Assembly: GCA_964467035.1 (NCBI GenBank)
Contig: CAYXNX010000001.1
Span: 51,373-115,372 of the forward strand
DNA: 64,000 nucleotides
From: Candidatus Woesearchaeota archaeon
Lineage (GTDB): Archaea; Nanobdellota; Nanobdellia; Pacearchaeales; GW2011-AR1
Direction of reading: 5' to 3'
Of the stretch, positions 29,893-39,599 are shown one piece after another. The translations under genes and the position numbers were made by a program. Position 1 is the first letter of the stretch, and every line of letters starts with the position of its first letter. The notes beneath the pieces were generated by a model. It had not been told where the DNA came from. It made no database searches and was given only the letters and a program-made list of their open reading frames with translations.

Positions 29893-30329
29893 ATTTTTAA
29901 ACAATTCTCTACAGCATACTTTGCAATTTTTGTATTAGCACCTAAATTAAGAAAAAAACTTTGCAAATCTTTTTTATCCTTAGAACAATTAATTAAAACT
30001 AATTTTACACCATATTTATTCACTAGAAAAATATTTTGTCTCTCCCTAGCAAATTTATTAGCAATTTCAAAATCATTTCCTTGTAATAATTTTTTTACAT
30101 CAATCCCAATTTTAATATCTTTATCCTTTGCAATTTTGCACAAAACATGATTTAAACCAGAATCTCTTTGCTTCAATTTATCTCTTGGACTATCTTCTCT
30201 TGGAAAAACCAGTCCCACTCCCAACTCCAAAACTTTTCTGTTAAAATTTTCATCTTTAGCCCTAACTAAAATTTCATTTTTATTTTTTACTTTCCGAATT
30301 TCTTTCAAATCTCCCTCAACCAATTCCAT
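29889..30329 (-). CDS. rnp3: RNase P protein component 3 (Rpp30-like, short)
   Basis: FNRKVLE, DKLKQRDSGLNHVLCKIAK. Confidence 0.7.
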   Translation of the reverse strand: MELVEGDLKEIRKVKNKNEILVRAKDENFNRKVLELGVGLVFPREDSPRDKLKQRDSGLNHVLCKIAKDKDIKIGIDVKKLLQGNDFEIANKFARERQNIFLVNKYGVKLVLINCSKDKKDLQSFFLNLGANTKIAKYAVENCLKI

Positions 30330-30379
30330 ATCTTATTTAAGAAAACAAACTTTATAAATGTTAAACAAATAATAAAATA

Positions 30380-30673
30380 ATGCGACTTTACAGAAAAGGA
30401 AAACCAGTAGATTTTGGAAGTAGTTGGTTTTCAACAATTTCAGAAGCAACAGAATTTGAAAAACCAAACGAAGAAAACATTATTTCAATAATGTGGCTAA
30501 AAAAACAACTTTTTAATAAATATTTTGAACACAATGGAATGGGATACAGGGCAAAATCTCCCAAGAATTATGCTCTTGCAAATCCTGTTATAGAATCAAT
30601 GACTATGGATAAATTTGAAGAAAGATTGCATCACCCAATAATCTCAAAATTTTATTGGGATGGAGAATATTAA
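30380..30673 (+). CDS. Hypothetical protein
   Basis: 97-aa ORF with TATA-like sequence upstream. Confidence 0.5.
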   Translation: MRLYRKGKPVDFGSSWFSTISEATEFEKPNEENIISIMWLKKQLFNKYFEHNGMGYRAKSPKNYALANPVIESMTMDKFEERLHHPIISKFYWDGEY

Positions 30674-31359
30674 CCAGAAATCACTGACCCTCTAAAATTT
30701 TGACCTAAAAGCAACTTATCTAAATTATTCAAATTGTTTCCAACAATATAAGTTTTAATTTTTTCTTCTAAAATAATTTTAGCCGCATTTTGGTCTAAAA
30801 CAAAATGCTGTCCTGGGGAAAATTTAATAGAATTTGCCATTTTAAAAAAATCTTTCCAAGAAATTTCTTTTATAAATTTCGCACTTTTATACTTTTTTGG
30901 ATTTTTATCAAACAGCCCATCAACATTTGTAACATTAATAAATTCGCTTCCAAATTTTTTTGCAATCAAAGAAGCAGTTGAATCACTTGTTTGATTTGGC
31001 TTATACCCTAATGCACCGCAAAAAACAAAATTCTGTTTTTTCAAATATTTTTTAATTTCTTTCATTTTATGTGGAATTCCTTTTTCAGGGTCTAATTTAA
31101 AAAAATAACTCATAAATCTCGCATTAGTCCTTGTAACTGAAATACCTGCAAAACTCTGCAATTTATTACTTGCTTTAATCTCCCTTAATCCTTGAATATA
31201 CATTCTCGCCACCGAACCTCCCCCGCAAACCACCACAAACTTATAATTTTTAGAATGTTGTTTCAAAATTTTTTTAAACTTTTTAAGAAAACTTAAATTA
31301 ATTTTATTATCTTTAATAATCTGACTTCCCCCCAAACTTAAAACAATCACCTTTTTCAT
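30670..31359 (-). CDS. pyrH: UMP kinase
   Basis: VLSLGGS, VVCGGGSVAR, PNQTSD, TNVDGLFDKNP, PGQHFVLD. Confidence 0.93.
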   Translation of the reverse strand: MKKVIVLSLGGSQIIKDNKINLSFLKKFKKILKQHSKNYKFVVVCGGGSVARMYIQGLREIKASNKLQSFAGISVTRTNARFMSYFFKLDPEKGIPHKMKEIKKYLKKQNFVFCGALGYKPNQTSDSTASLIAKKFGSEFINVTNVDGLFDKNPKKYKSAKFIKEISWKDFFKMANSIKFSPGQHFVLDQNAAKIILEEKIKTYIVGNNLNNLDKLLLGQNFRGSVISG

Positions 31360-31389
31360 AAATAAAAAAAGAAATTTATATATTTAAAT

Positions 31390-31665
31390 TTACCTAACAG
31401 TAAACAACTTATCATCATCTACATCAAATACTCCCAATCTTACCCCTGCATCAATCCACCCATGAGCATAATTCAAAGCACCAAAACAATTAACATAATC
31501 TCCTTTTTCAAAAAAATGCCTTGCATCACTTAAATAATTCCCCGCCATCTCAATAATTTCCTTCGCCTCTTCTTTTTTAACAATATTTTCCTTCACAATT
31601 TCAAAAGCCCTTTCAGTAGTTTTAAAATATTTTTCAATCTTTTCTTTTGTTATTTTGGATTTCAT
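31390..31665 (-). CDS. DUF357 protein (copy 1)
   Basis: YLSDARHF..KGD.VN.FGALNYAHGWIDAG. Confidence 0.9.
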   Translation of the reverse strand: MKSKITKEKIEKYFKTTERAFEIVKENIVKKEEAKEIIEMAGNYLSDARHFFEKGDYVNCFGALNYAHGWIDAGVRLGVFDVDDDKLFTVR

Positions 31666-32054
31666 AATTTCAGTTTTACAAATTTTTTCAATTTATTAAT
31701 TAACTCTTTCATCAAAAATTCATTCCTATCTAAATAATCTTTATCAATAAAAAATCCTTCATAAGATACCCTATTTCTTAAAACTCTAAGGTCATTAAAA
31801 AAATGATTATAACTCCTAAATTCCGAATATTTATCAACTAAATAGTCAAATAATTCTTTATGACTTAAAGTTTTGTAACCGTCAATCAACAAAACAGAGG
31901 TAGCTAATTCTTTTATAATTTCATAATAATCTGAAATAATTAAAGCAGACATTTTTTCCTTATTTTGAAGTTTAATTCTATCCTCAATTAAATTTATCAT
32001 TTTCAAAATACTTTTTGCTCTTTCTTTATCCGGAGTTATTTTTATCAAACTCAT
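31662..32054 (-). CDS. HEPN-domain toxin
   Basis: YYEII, GYKTLSH, LRNRVSY; downstream of MNT. Confidence 0.8.
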   Translation of the reverse strand: MSLIKITPDKERAKSILKMINLIEDRIKLQNKEKMSALIISDYYEIIKELATSVLLIDGYKTLSHKELFDYLVDKYSEFRSYNHFFNDLRVLRNRVSYEGFFIDKDYLDRNEFLMKELINKLKKFVKLKL

Positions 32055-32596
32055 TTTAATCTTACAAAACCTTTTAAAATAAATCCATTCAAAATATTGT
32101 TTTTCAATTCTTTATTTAATCTATTAATATCTGATTCAAATAAGATATTTAATTTTTTATTTAAAATATCCTCAAATTTTTTTATATTTAATTTCTTTGA
32201 TTTTGATTCTACAAAAATATCAACATCACTTTCATTTATGTCTTCACCTTTTGAATAACTTCCAAAAACAATAATAGAATTAGGCACACAGAAGTCATAT
32301 AAATAATCAACTAATTTAGATTCATACAAATTATGAATATTAAGAACTTTTTTCGCAAATAAAAATTCATTACTTTCTCTATTTGCAATATATCCAAAAA
32401 ATCTATCACCTTTCTTTTTTGATAAAATTTTTTGATTTTCTAAATTAATAAGATGTTTTTTAACAGAAGTCGGAGCTAAATTAATTTTTCGCGAAATTTC
32501 TTTAATAAAATGGATATTCAAAGGATCTTGAGAAAAAACACTAAATACTTTCCAAACACTTTGTTCAAATAAACATATTTGTTCCATAATAAACAT
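32051..32596 (-). CDS. wHTH-MNT (minimal nucleotidyltransferase) antitoxin
   Basis: HTH EISRKINLAPTSV; FGSYSKGED..SDVDI. Confidence 0.88.
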   Translation of the reverse strand: MFIMEQICLFEQSVWKVFSVFSQDPLNIHFIKEISRKINLAPTSVKKHLINLENQKILSKKKGDRFFGYIANRESNEFLFAKKVLNIHNLYESKLVDYLYDFCVPNSIIVFGSYSKGEDINESDVDIFVESKSKKLNIKKFEDILNKKLNILFESDINRLNKELKNNILNGFILKGFVRLK

Positions 32597-32624
32597 TTAT
32601 ATTGCTTAAAGTATATAAATGTTT
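32591..32624. promoter_or_regulatory. Promoter/operator of the MNT-HEPN cassette
   Basis: Perfect 12-bp inverted repeat AAACATTTATAT..ATATAAATGTTT covering the TATA box. Confidence 0.6.
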
Positions 32625-32767
32625 CTACTAGAATGTTGTTTCAAAATTTTTTTAAACTTTTTAAGAAAACTTAAATTAATTTTATTATCTTTAATAATCT
32701 GACTTCCCCCCAAACTTAAAACAATCACCTTTTTCATAAATAAAAAAAGAAATTTATATATTTAAAT

Positions 32768-33043
32768 TTACCTAACAGTAAACAACTTATCATCATCTAC
32801 ATCAAATACTCCCAATCTTACCCCTGCATCAATCCACCCATGAGCATAATTCAAAGCACCAAAACAATTAACATAATCTCCTTTTTCAAAAAAATGCCTT
32901 GCATCACTTAAATAATTCCCCGCCATCTCAATAATTTCCTTCGCCTCTTCTTTTTTAACAATATTTTCCTTCACAATTTCAAAAGCCCTTTCAGTAGTTT
33001 TAAAATATTTTTCAATCTTTTCTTTTGTTATTTTGGATTTCAA
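32768..33043 (-). CDS. DUF357 protein (copy 2, TTG start)
   Basis: Identical to copy 1 apart from the start codon. Confidence 0.8.
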   Translation of the reverse strand: MKSKITKEKIEKYFKTTERAFEIVKENIVKKEEAKEIIEMAGNYLSDARHFFEKGDYVNCFGALNYAHGWIDAGVRLGVFDVDDDKLFTVR

Positions 33044-33396
33044 TGTTTTGTATAACCTCCTTTTTTCTCATATTCTTTATGTAATTGATGGACCTCTAAA
33101 ATAATCTGTAAAATCCTTAATTCATCTCCAGCAACATTTGTATAAAAAGCTCTTGCCTCTTTAGTTAACTTAATTAAAAATAAATTACTTACACCATATT
33201 TTTGTTGAAAATATTTATAAATTGGAAGTCTCTTAGAAATTGGTTCACCTACCCTACCACTTTTCAAAAAATCAATAGTTTTAGTAATCAAAAAATAAAG
33301 ATCTTGATTAGTTTTATTTCCCTTGCTTAATTCAGATTCAATATTTAACTTAACCCTAAATAACTCCTTACTTAATTAAGTAATTTTGTCCTTCAT
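33040..33396 (-). pseudogene. RelE-like putative toxin with disrupted N-terminus
   Basis: In-frame ATG at 33396 gives MKDKIT* (TAA 33376-33378), then an open frame to KYGVSNLFLIKL...RAFYT...HKEYEK. Confidence 0.55.
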
Positions 33397-33659
33397 ACTT
33401 TAATAGCCTCAGAAATCAGCTTATTTAATTTTTTATTGTTTGGAAAAATCCAGATAATTTTATCCTCTTCAAACATAATCTTATTTGATTTTTCAAGATA
33501 ATTTAATATCAACTTAAATGTTTGATACTGCATTTGTTTAGGCAATGCCTTCCATAATTGCATCCGAGTAGGATAATCTCCAAAATCTTGTATTAACTTT
33601 TCAACTACTAAAATTGAATCCAACTTAGGATAATGTAGAATATTTATTTTGTTTTTCAT
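33393..33659 (-). CDS. Small winged-helix putative antitoxin
   Basis: HYPKLDS, QLWKALPKQMQYQTFKLILNYLE..NKI; palindrome TTGTATAA-AC-TTATACAA at 33659-33676. Confidence 0.7.
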   Translation of the reverse strand: MKNKINILHYPKLDSILVVEKLIQDFGDYPTRMQLWKALPKQMQYQTFKLILNYLEKSNKIMFEEDKIIWIFPNNKKLNKLISEAIKV

Positions 33660-33704
33660 TGTATAAACTTATACAATACATTATTTAAACTTTTCGATTA
33701 CAAA

Positions 33705-33819
33705 ATCTCAATAATTTCCTTCGCCCCTTCTTCTTTAACAATATTTTTCTTCACAATTCTCAAGATCTTTTCAGTAAGATTATAATATTTCTCTAATTTT
33801 TTGTTATTTTATCTTTCAT
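33705..33819 (-). pseudogene. Degenerate 5' stub of DUF357 (copy 3)
   Basis: Aligns with the first ~115 bp of DUF357, with substitutions and indels; ATG overlaps the HEPN stop. Confidence 0.8.
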
Positions 33820-34268
33820 ATTTGTTTATTAATAATCTTAATTAGTTTAGTATAAATTTGTTTTGTAAATTTAATAACTTTTTTAGCATATTCTACATCA
33901 ATTTTAGTTCCGTAATACAACATTCCATTTCTAAAAAATCTAATCTGATTCAAAAAACCAATTTCCTTATCTGTAAATTCTAAATTTTTTAAATAAGAAA
34001 CTTCGGCTTCATGAGCTTTAAAACCAGAAGCATTAAATCCATGAATAAACATTTCAGCCCTAATCAATTCCATTAAAATATCATAACATTTTTTAACATA
34101 ATCGTTAGCATTTAGCTCATTAATTCCTATTTTTTCAATTAATATAATCAAATAATTATAATTTTGTTGAGATTCATCTATTAAAAATTTTGCTCTTGAT
34201 TTATCTGAAAATTGTTTTTTAACAATTCCCAATTTAAGAAATTCCTCAAATTTTTTAACAGGTTTCAT
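33816..34268 (-). CDS. HEPN-domain toxin
   Basis: CYDILMELIR, AHEAEVSY, FRNGMLYYG. Confidence 0.8.
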   Translation of the reverse strand: MKPVKKFEEFLKLGIVKKQFSDKSRAKFLIDESQQNYNYLIILIEKIGINELNANDYVKKCYDILMELIRAEMFIHGFNASGFKAHEAEVSYLKNLEFTDKEIGFLNQIRFFRNGMLYYGTKIDVEYAKKVIKFTKQIYTKLIKIINKQI

Positions 34269-34813
34269 AATTCAATTCCTCCAACAAGAACAATACCATT
34301 AAGTATATTTTCCTTTAAATTTTTATTCATTTCTTTAAATGAATCATAAAAATTAAGATTAATTTCTTTACTCAAAATTTTTTCAAAATTAGACAAATCT
34401 ATCTTTTTTTTCTTTCTTCCAATAATTGCTATATCAATATCAGAATTAAATATATCATCTCCTCTTGAGTAACTTCCAAAAAGAATAATTGTTCCACCTG
34501 CAAATTCTTTTTCCAAAAAATCAACAACATTTAAAAGATATAACTGTTCTAGATTATTGGCTCTTTTTAATTGTAAAATTTTATGATTATCTCTATTTAA
34601 TTCAATGCTCCAACGTTTAGATTCTTTATCTTGGTTAATAGTTATAAACTCCTTTTTTTCTAATAAAGGAAGAGCTTTCATAACTGCTGGAGCACTTACT
34701 TTTAAAAACTTAGAAAGAGATCTTTGATTAAAGCTTTGACCTGCCCGTACAAATAAAAAATCCAAAATATCTCTTTGCAAATTAGTTAATTTATGTCTAT
34801 TAATATTTACCAT
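34265..34813 (-). CDS. wHTH-MNT antitoxin
   Basis: HTH; FGSYSRGDD..SDIDI. Confidence 0.88.
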   Translation of the reverse strand: MVNINRHKLTNLQRDILDFLFVRAGQSFNQRSLSKFLKVSAPAVMKALPLLEKKEFITINQDKESKRWSIELNRDNHKILQLKRANNLEQLYLLNVVDFLEKEFAGGTIILFGSYSRGDDIFNSDIDIAIIGRKKKKIDLSNFEKILSKEINLNFYDSFKEMNKNLKENILNGIVLVGGIEL

Positions 34814-34858
34814 AGTTAATATATATTAACCAAAGTTTATAAGTTTTTCTAATTTAAC

Positions 34859-35011
34859 GGCTTTGTTGAAAAAGTTAAGATAATTTTTGATTTTACTAAA
34901 AGTTTAGGAAACTCCTGTAGAATATAGGGTGGGTTTTTCGACGAAGTCGAAACTTGTAGTGGGAAAATGTAAAATCAAAAACAAATAAAAATTTAGATTT
35001 TCAACAAAGCC
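34859..35011. mobile_element. MITE of IS5/IS903 type (153 bp)
   Basis: 14-bp TIR GGCTTTGTTGAAAA/TTTTCAACAAAGCC; 9-bp TSD TAATTTAAC (34850-34858, 35012-35020); internal 13-bp IR. Confidence 0.88.
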
Positions 35012-35015
35012 TAAT

Positions 35016-35261
35016 TTAACCGTAAACTTTCTTTCTAGTATCTATATCAAAAACAATCCACACTTCCTCTTTCAACTCTAATAAAACTCTATACCCTCCA
35101 ATTCTTAATCTAAAAGAACTTTTATAACCTTGTAATTTTTTTATATCAATTCTTTTACCATCTAATAAATCCTTTAATTTTACATTAATTAAATTTCTTA
35201 TATTAAAAGGTAATTTAAAATATTTCTTTTTTGCTTTTGAAGAGAACTCAATCTTTTTCAT
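35016..35261 (-). CDS. RelE/ParE toxin
   Basis: IEFSSKAKK, DIKKLQG, FRLRIGGYRVL, RKKVY. Confidence 0.85.
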   Translation of the reverse strand: MKKIEFSSKAKKKYFKLPFNIRNLINVKLKDLLDGKRIDIKKLQGYKSSFRLRIGGYRVLLELKEEVWIVFDIDTRKKVYG

Positions 35262-35481
35262 TTTCTTTCAAAATTTCTTCAAAGGAAATTGTCTCTCCTT
35301 TTTTAAATTCCTCTAAAGCTTCCTTTCTCAAACTCTCACTTTCTTTAGATAAAGGAAGAAAAGGCTCTATAAAATGCCATATAACTTCATCATAAGAATC
35401 CAGCAAAAGCTGTTCTTTAAGTTTAGTCATTGCCAAATGTGTTTCATCTTTTATTCTAAGTTGCATACAATATGAATACAT
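35248..35481 (-). CDS. Antitoxin of a RelE pair
   Basis: SYDEVIW, GETISFEEI; overlaps relE. Confidence 0.75.
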   Translation of the reverse strand: MYSYCMQLRIKDETHLAMTKLKEQLLLDSYDEVIWHFIEPFLPLSKESESLRKEALEEFKKGETISFEEILKENEKD

Positions 35482-35534
35482 TTTGTATTTATAAATTTTT
35501 CTAAACTCAAAACTCTTTTTCTTAATTTCATAAC

Positions 35535-35712
35535 TAACTTGAAGGAGAAAAATTTATGTGGCAGTTTTTCTATATCAACAAGCAGTAGAAAAAGCATTAA
35601 AGGTTTATTCTTATTTTGACACAAGGAAGTAGTTCCTCAACCTTATTCTTTAATTTATCTTGCCACCAATACTTCAATCCCTGAAAAATATTTTTCTTTT
35701 TTAAGAAAATTA
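35535..35712 (+). pseudogene. HEPN fragment (opposite strand)
   Basis: Disrupted frame with VFLYQQAVEKALK and YSLIYLA. Confidence 0.6.
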
Positions 35713-35791
35713 ACTCTTTCATCAAAAATTCATCCTACCCAAATAATCTTTATCAACAAAAAATCCTTTACAAGATATTCTATTTCTCAAA
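35711..35791 (-). pseudogene. Decayed copy of the 3' part of the HEPN gene at 31662-32054
   Basis: taactctttcatcaaaaattcat...aaataatctttatcaa matches 31701-31783 with substitutions. Confidence 0.75.
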
Positions 35792-35901
35792 CATTTAACT
35801 TTCTTCAGTATTTAAAACTCAAAACAGAAAGTTTTGATTTGCTGAATTTTTTATCAAGAAAATTTAGAATATTAAATAAAAATTTGAAAAAAACTTTATA
35901 A

Positions 35902-37314
35902 TTACCTATAATCTCTTCTTCTATTTCTTTTTTTCAAAGCCAAAGCACCAGAGCCACCTACCAAAGCAGCTAAACCTGTTAATCCCCATCCCCCACTTAA
36001 AGGGATATTTGGAAAATCCATTTCATCAAGAGGGTCTGTTCCATACTGAACCTCTTCCCCATCATCAACACCATCCAAATCTGTATCAAAATGAAAGGGG
36101 TCTGTTCCATACTGATTAACCTCTTCCCCATCAGTTAAACCATCTCCGTCTGTATCAGGGTTAGAAGAATCTGTCCCTAACTCAAATTCTTCTAAATCAG
36201 TTAAACCATCATTATCTTGGTCTCTTGTAGGACTTGCAGGGCGAAAATTGGTAACATAAACCTCTCCACCACTATTATTTTCAACTTGTCTTTCCTTAAT
36301 TGCCCCTTCATCAATCAAAACTTCTGTAGAATATTTTGATTTTCCAGCAACAGGAGCTTCCCAATAATTCCCTTTAAAATATTGGTCTGGATTTTCCCCA
36401 GATTTTTCATCAGATTCTACCTGAACAACAGTTCTCCAATTAATAAAAGAATTATTCCCCTCTTCAATACCTGCATTAACTCCAGTTCCTTTAATCTCAA
36501 AAGCAACATTTTCCCCATTACCATAAAAAATATTATCCCTTACTTCTACATTTGAAACAGTTTCTTTAGAACTTTTCCCAGAATCTCCATAAACACGAGC
36601 AGCAGGACTTTTATCTCCTTCACTAAATTCAAAAATATTATTTCTTAACTCCAAATTACTATCAATCCCATCATAATTCAAAGGAGCTTTTAAAATACAA
36701 TTCTCAATTCTTCCATCAGGTCTTCCTTCTGAAGTTGTCCCAAGGTAACTAATAACATTACCCCTTCCAGGCAATACCAAATCATAAAATTCAACATCAT
36801 CAAGCCCATCTATCCCTGTCCCAGTTATTAATTCTGATAAATGTTCTCCATTTTCATAAGTTCCGATAAATCTTGTAGGTCTTGAAACAATAGGGCTATT
36901 AGTTCCCGGCTTAAATTCCCCCTCACCCAATTTTACTACAAGATGATTTGGATTATAATTATCTCCAGTTTCCTTAGTAAAATTTTCAAACAATTCCCGA
37001 GCAAGATTGCCTTCTTCCCCATGCACCAAATAATTTTCTTCACCCATTCCTTCTTCAACAGGTGTTTTATAAGAAAAATCATTAATCATATACTGAGAAT
37101 CATCAATCTCTCCCCCATTTACAGGAGTAAAAGGAGCATATTCACTATTTGGGATATCATTTATATTTCTTACTTCAACATATTGCTGAGGATTATCAAA
37201 ACTATATTCCTGTCCTTGAGCACCTAAAGAACTTAATCCAATAACTCCAGTTAACAAAGCTCCTTTAAATCCAGTTCTTAGCTTATTTGTTAAATTTTGC
37301 TTTTTATTCTGCAT
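35902..37314 (-). CDS. Secreted protein: beta-helix-like region, Ca-binding DxDxDG (TSP3-like) repeats, C-terminal sorting signal
   Basis: DQDNDGLTD, DTDGDGLTDGEE, DTDLDGVDDGEE; NIPLSGGWGL + TM + KKRNRRR. Confidence 0.8.
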   Translation of the reverse strand: MQNKKQNLTNKLRTGFKGALLTGVIGLSSLGAQGQEYSFDNPQQYVEVRNINDIPNSEYAPFTPVNGGEIDDSQYMINDFSYKTPVEEGMGEENYLVHGEEGNLARELFENFTKETGDNYNPNHLVVKLGEGEFKPGTNSPIVSRPTRFIGTYENGEHLSELITGTGIDGLDDVEFYDLVLPGRGNVISYLGTTSEGRPDGRIENCILKAPLNYDGIDSNLELRNNIFEFSEGDKSPAARVYGDSGKSSKETVSNVEVRDNIFYGNGENVAFEIKGTGVNAGIEEGNNSFINWRTVVQVESDEKSGENPDQYFKGNYWEAPVAGKSKYSTEVLIDEGAIKERQVENNSGGEVYVTNFRPASPTRDQDNDGLTDLEEFELGTDSSNPDTDGDGLTDGEEVNQYGTDPFHFDTDLDGVDDGEEVQYGTDPLDEMDFPNIPLSGGWGLTGLAALVGGSGALALKKRNRRRDYR

Positions 37315-37391
37315 AATCCCCTAACAAACAAATACTTTATAAATTTTTCTATTTCAATTTATAATAATTAAAACAAAATTTCACCCAATTT

Positions 37392-39599
37392 TTAACGTAC
37401 TTCCCATTTATTAAATCCAGCACTATCACTTAAATAAATTTTTCCCCCTTTATACACAAAAATTTGTTGCTCACCGAATCCTGTTCGGAACCAAAAATTA
37501 ACACCTCCTTTTAATTCCAAAGTGCAATTTCCATAAATACTTGTTTCAGGACCTTCAATTGAATAATTCTGAATCCCTTTATACCCTGTTTCAGGCACAC
37601 ACTTCCCATCTTCACACCCATAATTGCAAAAAATCTTTTTTGTATCTACATTTGCCCCATTACAATAAGCTTCTTCAACATACCAATCATCATTTCCAAA
37701 AGGATTATAAACACACTCATCCCAAACTGCTTCATTTGAATCCATTGCAACACTATAAATATATGAATCAAAATCATAATCCTTTACTTCATAATCAACA
37801 TTTAACAAATCACCACTTGTATTCATAAAATCATAATCAAAACACCCAATCTCTCCCAAACTTGTATCTTGAAAATCACTCCCATTAAAAGAATAAAAAC
37901 TTAAACCATCTGCTAAAAGAACCTTATCATGATAAGGACTATAATACCCGTGAGTAGGAGAAAAACTTGCTGTATAATTATCCTTAAACTTGTCTTCACT
38001 ATTAGTAGTTTCATTATTATGAACTATTTGCAACTTATTATCCTCCCACCAATGCAAATCTCCATACTCATTCCCAAAAGGACTTAAATAAGCTGTATCT
38101 ACTTTTTCAATAAATCCCGGATTATTTGTATCTTCAATATCATAAAATCTCCATAAATTACTAGTTGGATTAAAAACCAAAACCTTATCCCCTTTTTCAG
38201 ACCAAACATTAATCCTCCCCCCACCAACACTATCAAAACTATAAGCATTACTCACTTTTGCTGAAGGATTTGGGTCATCCCCATAATAAAAACTACAAGT
38301 CCTATTACACTCCCAATTATCCATCTCAGGGTCACAAGGACCTTCACCATGTTCTACAATTAATTTAATAGGGTAATAACTATCCTCTCCCATTTCTCCA
38401 GCAAACTCTAAATACCCTTCTTCTCCACCACTTCCCAAAAATTCATAACTTGACTTTAACCCGATTGCAAAAAAATCATCTTTCAAATTTGCCTTCAAAT
38501 CTTCTTCTGCATTACTTCCCAAAAAATACCTATCAACACTTGTCTCATTTGCTGACTCATTATAAAAAGAAGTAGAATTTTCAACATAAAAACCCAACCC
38601 ATTTGCCCCCTGCCCAATATCATTAAATAAATCTTCATTTCCTGTTTCATTATCTGGATAATTTGATTCATTTGTTATTTGAGTATCATTAAATCTTGAA
38701 ATAGAAACATTTATAGCACGAGTTCCACTTTGTCTTATTAACGGAACTGTAAGCTCAACACCTCTTATTTCCACAATATCATCAATAACTGAAGTATCAA
38801 ACTCTATAAAACCCCTATAAACAGAATTGTAAGAATTTTGCCCAGATTCTGTATTACCAATAGTTTTCAGATTTGTGCTACCTAAAAAAGAAGCACGAAG
38901 ATCTACTCTTTCAAAATCATAAACATCTCCATTTTGTTTAACAGTCCCTTTAAAAGGTCCATCAAAACAATTTACTACACAAGGAAGCCCATCAACTGGG
39001 TCAACCTCAATAGGATACTCAGCATTTTCCAACCATTCTTTATCAATCTCAACATTTAAATCAAGAAGTTTATTCCTTTCATCAAAATAAATTACATAAT
39101 TTCCATAAGAAACATCCCCATTATAATCAGTAGCAAAAGGCCTTGCAAGAGAATGAACAAACTGCTTATTAAAATCTCTTAAAACCAATTCCTCATTTTC
39201 AATACTTACTTTAACTCCTTTATGGATTTCATAAATTCCAAAATCAAAAACATTTTTTTCAGGAATATCATCAACCGGAATTATTGTTTTTTCAAGTTTT
39301 GGATTTGATAATTTTTCTAATTCAACAAATTGCTCTCCATCATAAAAAAATATATCTTCTGGAAAAATCTCAGTTCTATAACCTCCCCCACTTTTTCTAA
39401 ATGTTTTAGAGCTATATGTTCTCTTGGAAATAATTTCTTTTCCTTCTACTTCTTCAACACTTGAATTAACCTGCTCTTCAACAACATTTCCACTAATCTT
39501 ATTTTCTGTTTGAAAAAAATTCCCATCCCCCACCGCCCACGCCAAACCCCCAATTACCAAAACAACTATTCCAAAACTCATCCAAAATTTACTATTCAT
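37392..39599 (-). CDS. Large secreted protein with a DNRLRE-like domain
   Basis: Signal MNSKFWMSFGIVVLVIGGLAWAVG; WL.NAEYPIEVDP; YRGFIEFDTS. Confidence 0.75.
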   Translation of the reverse strand: MNSKFWMSFGIVVLVIGGLAWAVGDGNFFQTENKISGNVVEEQVNSSVEEVEGKEIISKRTYSSKTFRKSGGGYRTEIFPEDIFFYDGEQFVELEKLSNPKLEKTIIPVDDIPEKNVFDFGIYEIHKGVKVSIENEELVLRDFNKQFVHSLARPFATDYNGDVSYGNYVIYFDERNKLLDLNVEIDKEWLENAEYPIEVDPVDGLPCVVNCFDGPFKGTVKQNGDVYDFERVDLRASFLGSTNLKTIGNTESGQNSYNSVYRGFIEFDTSVIDDIVEIRGVELTVPLIRQSGTRAINVSISRFNDTQITNESNYPDNETGNEDLFNDIGQGANGLGFYVENSTSFYNESANETSVDRYFLGSNAEEDLKANLKDDFFAIGLKSSYEFLGSGGEEGYLEFAGEMGEDSYYPIKLIVEHGEGPCDPEMDNWECNRTCSFYYGDDPNPSAKVSNAYSFDSVGGGRINVWSEKGDKVLVFNPTSNLWRFYDIEDTNNPGFIEKVDTAYLSPFGNEYGDLHWWEDNKLQIVHNNETTNSEDKFKDNYTASFSPTHGYYSPYHDKVLLADGLSFYSFNGSDFQDTSLGEIGCFDYDFMNTSGDLLNVDYEVKDYDFDSYIYSVAMDSNEAVWDECVYNPFGNDDWYVEEAYCNGANVDTKKIFCNYGCEDGKCVPETGYKGIQNYSIEGPETSIYGNCTLELKGGVNFWFRTGFGEQQIFVYKGGKIYLSDSAGFNKWEVR

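Larger units (their letters stand above)
31251..33042. repeat. 414-bp direct repeat (31251-31664 and 32629-33042): pyrH 5' stub plus the whole DUF357 gene, flanking an MNT-HEPN cassette
   Basis: Copies look identical at offset 1378. Confidence 0.93.

Noticed and set aside
33376..33378. Stop-codon reassignment or readthrough
   Set aside because: TAA, TAG and TGA all terminate conserved genes normally; internal stops are confined to decaying accessory genes.
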